A stretch of DNA of 60,000 nucleotides, taken from NCBI GenBank assembly GCA_038087875.1, contig CM075989.1, forward strand, positions 11,658,001-11,718,000. The letters are read 5' to 3'. A program made the position numbers and the translations under genes. How positions within the stretch are numbered: position 1 is the stretch's first letter; every line of letters starts with the position of its first letter. Under the pieces are notes generated by a model. The model had not been told where the DNA came from and ran no database searches. It saw only the letters and a list, made by a program, of their open reading frames with translations. Below are positions 51,964 through 60,000 of this stretch, piece after piece. Origin of the DNA: Malacoraja senta (taxonomy: Eukaryota).

Positions 51964-52210
51964 CCTCTCTCTCTCCCCCTCTCTCTCCCCCTCTCTCTCT
52001 CCCCCTCTCTCTCTCCCCCTCTCTCTCTCCCCCTCTCCCCCTCTCCCCCTCTCCCCCTCCCCCTCCCCCTCTCTCTCTCTGTCTCTGTCTCTGTCTCTAT
52101 CTCTCTCTCTCTCTCTGTATTTTTTATATTTTCTCTTTTTTTCCTCTTTTTTATTAATCATCTCTCTTTCTCCCTCTGCTGTTTTTCTCTCTCTTGTTTT
52201 TCCTCTCTCT
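51932..52210. repeat. (CT)n / (CCCCCTCT)n polypyrimidine microsatellite
   Basis: Seen directly. Confidence 0.95.
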
Positions 52211-54732
52211 GCGCACACACAACGCACTCACAGTGGCTGGATTTATGATGAAGGTGCAGAGGCTTCTGCCGTAGCAGCTGGAGTCTGAGTGAAGGAGCAG
52301 CAGCAAAGCTGTGGATCAGAGTCGGGACAAGCAGCAGGGGGCCAGTGCAGTTAGCGCAAGCAAAGAGCCAGCATCAAGATGCTGCATATTCAGCAATGGT
52401 TGTATGAAGTCTGCACTCCTCCCCACCCAGTCCCTCTCCCATCACACTGCTGGCCTACATTCGGATCATTAGCAGCAAGACAATCCAATTCAGTCCTGCC
52501 CAAACCACCAAACTGTCTGGGTGCCCTGAACAATTTCCCCAAACCATATGGATGTAACCCAAGGTCCAGATTGGGAGGCATCAGGAGGGTGTCCCAGGTG
52601 CCTTAGTTGCCAGCCACAAACACAAGCAAACATTTTGAACTCAATAGTTTATTGTCACGTATACCAAGGTTAAAGCATTTTTGTTGCATCCTGTTCAGCA
52701 AAGCATTGCTATACATAAGCACAATCCTAGATTAAGTACAAAGTGTATAGAAATCATTCACTGAGACAATATGCAAGAGTCACGGGGTTTTGGCACCATT
52801 TTCAACGAGTGTCCCACCATGTTGCTAAAATGATAGAGCACTGAAGAAGACCACTTGGCCCATCGAGCCAATGCTAGCTCTATGTCCCACTCCATTGCCC
52901 ATTCCCCACAGTTGTTCCTGTACTTGCATTACAGCCACTTCTCTTATTTGGGAATTCCTGCTGAATCTTCCCAACAACTGACTGTGTGGAACAACAAATC
53001 AACTTCCCTCCAGTTCTCCTCCAGCCACCCACATTTATCATCCATTCTGCCTGAGGACATCTGATGCCCTTCAAATCAAATCAAGTTTATTGCTGTGTGC
53101 ACATATACCGTCAGGTACAGGTACAAGGAAAGTGTTGCTTGCAGCAACATCACAGGTACATAGGCTCAAGCAACACACACACAAAAACATAAATCATGCA
53201 TGAAGTGAAATTATCCGAGAGATCTGTGCAAGACTTGTTTCTGTGAACGGCCGGGAGAGTGGAGTTTGCCACATCAGTTTAGCTGTGGCAGGTTGGACCT
53301 GCAAAGCAATTAGACCATCTCATCGCCTCCTGCGAGAAATGACTCGAGGCGTTCTTGAAATTTGAACAGACTTGGTCTGTTCCATCAGTGGGCTGCAATT
53401 ATTGAGTGGCACCGCTTTATTAGTGTAACAAATCCGTAGCTATAATAGGCTTCCATGGGGAGGCAAGGAATGAGGGGGACGTGGGAGGGGAAGAGGGGGC
53501 GGGAGAGCAAGGGAAGGAAGGAAGGATGGAGAGAAGAGAGATAGGTGAGGGGGCAGAGGGAAGGGGAGGAGATGGGGTGCGGGAGGAGGAGATGGAGAGG
53601 AGGTGAAGGAGGAGGAGATAAGGGGGGGGGGAGGAGGGCGAGGAGGTGGGGTGGAGGATGGACGCTCCATCCTCTCCACAACGTTACTGGGAAAGGGAAA
53701 GCGGGCGCCCGATGTCACAGAGAGTGGAACTGCCTCGACAGGGCATGTGTGTGAGATACGTGGACTGGAAATGTCCGAGGTTCCTTGTTGGTATAACAGT
53801 TTGTTGACCAAAGTCATACTGACGGCTGCGGGGCTTTGGATGTCACTGAACCTCCACAAGAGGCCGACAGCACAGAAAAGGCCCTTCAGCCCAACATTTC
53901 CACACTGCCTGATGTACTATCCATATTAGTCCAGTGTACCTGCATCAATCAGTATGCGAAATGGGGAAGTGGATCACACGTCTTTGTTCCATCGGTGAGC
54001 TGCTGAGGGAGAGAAGCTTACAATTACAGCAGCTCCAGATTCCAGCATCTGCAGTCTATTGTGCATCTACCTGTCCAATCTCTCCTTGTATGTGTCGGGT
54101 TCAAATCCAGGCAAGGTCCCGGTGAATCTCCTCTGCACCCTCTCCACTGCTATCACTGCCTCCTGTCGCTTGGTGACCAGAACTGCACACAGTTCTCCAG
54201 GTGTGGCCTAATCAATGTTTTATGAATGTGTAGGAAAGAACTGCAGATGCTGGCTTAAATCGAAGGTAGACACAAAATGCTGGAGTAACTCAGCGGGACA
54301 GGCAACATCTCTGGAGAGAAGGAATGTGTGACGTTTCGGGTCGAGACCCTTCTTCAGGGGAGTGGGCGGGACAGAGGTAGAATGTAGTTGGAGACAGTAA
54401 GAACTGGGAAGGGGGAGGGGATGGAGAGAGAGGGAAAGCAAGGGCTATTTGAAGTTGGAGAAGTCAATGTTCATACCGCTGGGGTGTAAGCTACCCAAGC
54501 GAAATATGAGGTGCTGTTCCTCCAATTTGCGCTGGGCCTCACTATGAGGAGGCCCAGGACAGAAAGGTCAGATTGGGAATGGGAGGGGGAGTTAAAGTGT
54601 TTAGCAACCGGGAGATCAGGTAGGTTAAGGCGGACTGAGCGGATGTGTTCAGCGAAATGATCGCCGAGCCTGTGCTTGGTCTCGCCTATGTACAGAAGTT
54701 GACACCAGGAACAGCGGATACAATAGATGAGG

Positions 54733-54938
54733 GTAGACACAAAATGCTGGAGTAACTCAGCGGGACAGGCAGCATCTCTGGAGAGAAGGAATGGGTGACG
54801 TTTTGGGTCTGAAGAAGGGTCTCGACCCGAAACGTCATCCATTCCTTCTCTCCAGAGATGCTGCCTGTCCCGCTGAGTTACTCCAGCATTTTGTGTCTAC
54901 CTTTGATTTAAACCAGCATCTGCAGTTCTTTCTCACAC
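54733..54938 (+). mobile_element. Palindromic hammerhead element nested in the Penelope endonuclease, 15-bp TSD
   Basis: ATACAATAGATGAGG at 54718-54732 and 54939-54953. Confidence 0.9.
54809..54836 (+). ncRNA. Minimal type-I hammerhead ribozyme motif
   Basis: CTGAAGA-A-GGGT(ctcg)ACCC-GAAAC-GTC: intact core, 4-bp stem II, palindromic ACGT helix III, putative cleavage after GTC. Confidence 0.7.
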
Positions 54939-55990
54939 ATACAATAGATGAGGTTGGAGGAGGTACAAGTGAACCTCTGCCTCCCTCACCTGAAAACACT
55001 GTCGGGGTCCTTGGATGGAGTCGAGGGGGGAGGCAAAGGGACAGGTGTTGCATCTCCTGCGGTTGCAGGGGAAAGTACCTGGGGAGGGGGTGCTTTGGGT
55101 AGGAAGGGACGAGTTGACCAGGGAGTAAATTTGCATTTCTGTGGCACCCACTTCCACCTTGGGATGCTTCAAAGAGGCTGGGTGAGAGATTATTATCAGT
55201 CCAGGAGACTGGGGAGAATTAAAGTCATTCCTGAGTTCTTTTTTCTGATAGTGGCTCTGGGACCGAGAGGTCAGTTTAAGTTCTCATCTCTGACAATGCG
55301 GCACTCCCATAGGGCTGCGCTGCCAGTGTCATCTTGGGTTTTTGTTCTCAGGGGTCAGTGTGGGACCTGAACCCACAACCTTGTGATTCTGAGATGAGAA
55401 GTCACATAATACAACACAGAAGGTGCTTGTAATCAGTGCGATGGCAGGAGGGGCAGCTGTGCCCAACATGTGAGTCAACTTCAGCCGCTTTCACACGAGG
55501 TGGTAAATATGTGAACTTGGCTTGGATCATATCAGTCAAACCAAGTCAAGTTTATTGTCATGTACACAAGTACAGTGATGTACGGGTACAATGAAAATCT
55601 TACTTGCAGCAGCATCGCAAGCACATCGACAACACACACAAATGTAAATAAGACATGAATTATACTAGACAGTGAAAACAAGACTGCAAAATATGACATT
55701 GATTAGAAACAAGTTAATGGTAATGCAAGAGGGCATGGCCCAGATGGTGGGGATCCTTGATAATAGATGCTGCCTTCTTGAGGCAATGCCTCACGTAGAT
55801 GCTTGCAATGGTGGGGAGAGTTGGGCCCGTGATGAACCGGGCTGAGTCCACCAAACTCTGTAGCCTCTTGTGTTCCTCTACATTGGAATAGGCCATGATG
55901 CAAGCAGTCGGGATACTCTCTACAGCACATCTGTAGAGGTTTGCTAGTGTATTCGGTGATGTGCCAAATATTTAAAACTTCTAAGAAAGT

Positions 55991-58036
55991 CAAGTCAAGT
56001 CAACTTTATTTGTCACATACACATACAAGATGTGAAGTGAAATGAAAGTGGCAATGCCTGCGGATTGTGCAAAAACTACACAACAGAATAGAACAGAATC
56101 AGTATTTACATGTTAGAATTTTTTTTTTTTTTAAAGACACAACACAACAGTAAATTAGTACAGTCCCTGGTGAGATAAGAGTTTACAGTCCTGACGGCCT
56201 GCGGGAAGAATCTCCGTCTCATCCTCTCTGTTTTCACAGCATGACAGCGGAGGCATTTGCCTGACCATAGCAGCTGGAACAGTCTGTTGCTGGGGTGGTA
56301 AGGGTCCCCCATAATGTTGCTGGCTCTGGATCTGCACCTCCTGGTGTATAGGTCTTGCAGGGGGGGCGAGTGTAGTTCCCATAGTGCGTTTGGCCGAACG
56401 CACTCATCTCTGCAGAACCTTCCTGGTCAGAGCTGTTCCCAAACCAGATTGTGATGTTGCCTGACAAGATGCTTTCTACACCCCCAGAGTAGAAGCACTG
56501 AAGGATCCTCAGAGAATCTCTGAATTCCCTCAGCTGCCTGAGGTGGTAAAGGTGCTGCCTTGCCTTACTCACCAGTGCAGAAGTGTGTATAGTCCATGTC
56601 AGATCTTCTGTGATGTGGACTCCCAGGTATTTAAAGCAGCTCACCATATCCACAGTAGTTCCATTTATCTCCAGTGGCGTGTACGTCCTCGGATGTTGAG
56701 CCCTTCTAAAGTCCACAATCAGCTCCTTAGTGTTAGTGATATTGAAGAGGAGGCTGTTGTTCTGACACCAGAGTGCCAGATCTGCCACCTCCTCCCGGTA
56801 GGCCTTCTCATCGTTATCGGAGATCAGGCCCACCACCACAGTGTCATCAGTAAACTTGATGATGGAGTTGGAGCTGAACCTGGCCACACAGTCATGTGTG
56901 TACAGGGAGTACAGTAGGGGGCTAAGGGCGCAACCCTGGGGGGATCTTGTGTTCAGGGTGAGGGGGTTGGATGTACAGTATGTCTCCCCATCTTGACTAC
57001 TTGGGGCCTGGCGGTGAGAAAGTCCAGGAGCCAGGCACACAGGGGAGTGTTCAGCCCCAGTTCCAGCAGCTTCTCAGCAAGTCTGGTGGGGACTATGGTA
57101 TTGGAGGCTGAACTGAAGTCAATAAACAGCATCCTCACATAGCCCCCCCCCCCCCCCCCCCCCCCCCCCTTCTGGCTGTCAAGGTGAGAGAGAGCGGTGT
57201 GCAGAACCTGGGAGATCGCATCATCTGTGGATCTGTTTGGACGGTATGCGAACTGCAGCGGGTCCATGTTGCGAGGGAGGAAGGCGCAGATGTGGTTCTT
57301 GATCAGCCTCTTGAAGCATTTCATGACTACCGAGGTGAGGGACACTGGTCGGTAGTCATTCAAGCAAGCTGGAGAGGCATTCCTTGGCACTGGTACAATG
57401 GTGGATCTTTTGAAGCAGGCAGGGACCACGGACTTGGCCAGGGAGAGGTTGAATATTGTGGTGAGCACTGGAGTTAGCTGAGTAGCACAAGACTTTAGTA
57501 CTCGCCCAGATATACCATCCGAGCCTACAGTTTTCCTCGTGTTCACACGCGTCAGAGCCCTCCTCACGTCGTGCTCGGACATCGAGAATGTGTGCACATC
57601 CCCAGCGGTGGACGTCCCTCCAGCCTCGTTAGCCAGCGCGCTGGCGGTGCTGATTTTAGACGGCGAGCTAGGGGTGTCGTTGCCCATCTCGAATCGTGAG
57701 TAGCAAGAGTTCAGGTCATCAGCTAGGGAGGTGAAGGCACTTCCGGTTGAGTGGGGGGCTGCTCCGGTAGTTAGTTATAGTCCGTAGCCCCTGCCAAAGA
57801 CATCTGGTGTCCTGCTGCTCCATCTGTGACTCCATCCTGTCCCTGTACCTCCTTTTTGCGTCCTTCACCTCCCTTCGCAGGCTGTAGTCGTCCATATTGC
57901 CGGATGCCAGGCCGTAGTTGTAAGCAGCGGTGCGAGCAGTCAAGGCAACGCGAATATACCTGTCCACCCACGGTATTTGAATAGGAAAGTTGCTAACCCT
58001 TACCGTGGGGACGATGTTATTGGCTAGGTATCAGCT
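55991..58036 (-). mobile_element. Rex1/Babar LINE, ~2 kb 5'-truncated copy with frameshifted RT, nested in an older Rex fragment
   Basis: LNDYRPVSLTSVVMKCF, DPLQFAYRPNRSTDDAI, YVRMLFIDFSSA, PQGCALSPLLYSLYTHDC, KFTDD; (GACTT)n tail; AAAGT at 55986-55990 and 58037-58041. Confidence 0.92.
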
Positions 58037-59162
58037 AAAGTAGAGGTGCTGGCATGCTTTCTTCATGAGTATGTCAGTCACAACACAGGGAGGAAGGAGA
58101 CTTGAAGGAAGAGGCTGTGATATCGAAGGCACCAGACCACAACAAGAGTTGGCAGAGCTTCGATATTTAAGCCTTCACACAGTTTCTGTGCTGGTTGTTG
58201 CTTGCACAACTCATTCATCAGGGCATTACTCTCTCTGCAAAGCCCAGGACTGCACACAGTGCTCAGAGGTGCTGGCACCGGGCTCAGTGCAGCTCAGCTT
58301 ACCTTATCCTGAATAAAATCTTTCTGTTTTCACCCCGTCCATTCTCAACAAAGACAGCTCGAATTATTTTGTCTGGGAGTCCTAAAGTGGTGTGCGATGA
58401 GCAGACGCTGGGCGATGCTTTGGGACCTGACCTCTCGCCAACACTGTGTTGTGGGGAGGAGTGAGACCAGACCCACCCAGGGCTAGAGGGCCACAGGGCT
58501 GGGCCAGGCTCCACTCACCTGGGTCGTGTCCCATGGATATGAACGTCGAGTAGGAGTCTCAGCTTCAAGGTGTTGATTGGGTCCAGGGAGAGAAACTACT
58601 TCCTCTGCCGGGCAACCATGAAGAGTGTTATTGACGTCAAAGGGGAGCAGAATTAGGAACCCCTCCCTCACAATGGGGGCAAGGGTGAGGAAGGGAGGGG
58701 GCAGCTGGAACTTACAGAACTCAAACTGAAGTCTCTTGTTGGTTAGGGAATTGAGACTTAGTGATAATATCTGTGATGAGCTTACTGAATAATGTCCGAC
58801 TTGATGGGACAAACGGCCTCCTCCTTATGGCACTGGAAATGGAAAGGTTGGAAGCCAAGAAACATACACAAACCTGGAGTCTGTGTGTGTGTGTGTGTGT
58901 CCAAGCTCATGGACAAACACACACATAGGGAGCATTCTCATTCCCTCACACACATACATTCTTTCGGACACTCACAAGACATACAGTCTTTCTCTTTTTC
59001 ACAGACTCTCACTCTCACACAGCCTCTCTTTCTCTCTCGCTCATACACACAGACTCTCACTCTCCCTCCCACTATCATTCTAATTATCACTCTCTCTTGC
59101 TCCTCACCCACTCACACTCTCTTTCACTCTCTCAGACCCTTCTCACCCTTTCTCACTCTTTC

Positions 59163-59164
<2 letters not shown>

Positions 59165-59246
<82 letters not shown>
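59165..59246. repeat. (CT)n microsatellite
   Basis: Seen directly. Confidence 0.95.
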
Positions 59247-59249
<3 letters not shown>

Positions 59250-59647
59250 CACACTTGCCATCACTCTTCCACCCACCCACCCACACACACAGTACAGTAA
59301 AGAAAAGCTGACTATTGTGGTTTGCAGATTGTGAACTGCAGAAAGGGATCGAACAATATCAAACGCGGACAAATTGGGAATTCTGAGTTTCACTGAAGAC
59401 TCAGAGGTTCAATTGGCGATGTCTGCAGCTGTAAGTGCTGGGAGTGGGTTGTTCTTGTATATGGGAGGGGATCAGACGCCACACAATGACAACCATTGAG
59501 AGGCAGTGATTTTCCAGAAGGTCTGAAGCAGTGACATCACCTTTAATTCTCCTCCAAACAAATCACTTGGACAAAAGGGGATGATGCCACAAAAACACAG
59601 AGGCAGCATTCAGTCAAATACATTGTTTAGTGGACTGGCACAAGGGG

Positions 59648-59860
59648 CACACACACACACAAACACACATGCACACGCACACACACACACATGCACATGC
59701 ACACGCACAAGCGCACACACACACACACATGCACACGCACACGCACACATACAATCATACACACACACACACACACACGCACGCACACACACACACACAA
59801 ATACACATACGCAAATACACACAAAATACAGGTACACACAGATACGGATGCATACATGCA
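59648..59860. repeat. (CA)n-rich compound microsatellite
   Basis: Seen directly. Confidence 0.95.
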
Positions 59861-59960
59861 CAGTAAGAGAGAGAACACTTGCATACATACGTGACAGATG
59901 GACACTCGCACAAAGGCAGACATACAGGCAGATGCCTCAGCCAACACACAAGCGCAATTG

Positions 59961-60000
59961 GTCACGGTGGCGCAACGGTAGAATTGCTGCCTTACTGCGA
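59961..60000 (+). mobile_element. 5' tRNA-like head of a V-SINE (truncated by window end)
   Basis: ggtcacggtggcgcaacggtagaattgctgcctta matches the reverse of the head at 41750-41785. Confidence 0.7.

Larger units (their letters stand above)
54225..55127 (-). mobile_element. Penelope-like element (Neptune type), 3' part: Cys-rich linker, GIY-YIG endonuclease, hammerhead-bearing pLTR
   Basis: Minus peptides GTFPCNRRRCNTCPF..IQGPRQCFQVR and LIYCIRCSWCQLLYIGETKHRLGDHFAEHIRSV..PVAKHFN. The pLTR at ~54225-54360 carries CTGAAGAAGGGTCTCGACCCGAAACGTC on the coding strand. Confidence 0.9.
2163..60000 (+). other. FRMD5: FRMD5 intron 1 (continues past window end)
   Basis: GT donor at 2163. No sequence encoding the expected exon 2 ([25 protein letters not shown]-like) was found. 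A very long first intron is known for mammalian FRMD5. Confidence 0.75.

Noticed and set aside
51907..52288. ER/SL-rich ORFs (also 37241-37771, 53385-53929, 59097-59965)
   Set aside because: Translations of microsatellites and low-complexity tracts.
59328..59430. Exon-like segment (ttgcag|...|gtaagt)
   Set aside because: Stops in all three frames, weak polypyrimidine tract and no FRMD5 similarity.
1..60000. CRISPR arrays, operons or other prokaryotic systems; genuine tRNA genes
   Set aside because: The sequence is a vertebrate intron. Recurrent motifs are dispersed TSD-flanked retroposons, not regularly spaced arrays, and the tRNA-like segments are SINE heads.

Overview
Eukaryotic vertebrate DNA, most likely a cartilaginous fish such as a skate or ray. 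That assignment is inferred from the repeat set: HER1-like CR1 LINEs, HE1-like V-SINEs, Rex/Babar, L2 and Penelope-like elements. The only real gene is the 5' end of FRMD5 on the + strand: a CpG-island promoter (~1680-2480) and coding exon 1 (2061-2162, [34 protein letters not shown]). Intron 1 fills the remaining ~58 kb and no exon 2 was found. Nearly all ORFs in the supplied track are repeat-derived or spurious. Main points of interest: (1) about 20 short Penelope-derived elements carrying a minimal hammerhead-ribozyme motif, many palindromic and flanked by 10-16 bp target-site duplications (TSDs), one inserted in the GIY-YIG motif of a Neptune-type Penelope element; (2) an antisense transketolase retro-fragment split by an L2 LINE and joined to a LINE-tailed element; (3) a PIF/Harbinger MITE with TTA TSDs; (4) a non-coding GC-rich retroelement family with conserved hairpins; (5) three CCAAT boxes spaced 41 bp apart and a uORF at the promoter. 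Boundaries of degenerate repeats are approximate, and family names come from motif recognition, not database searches.
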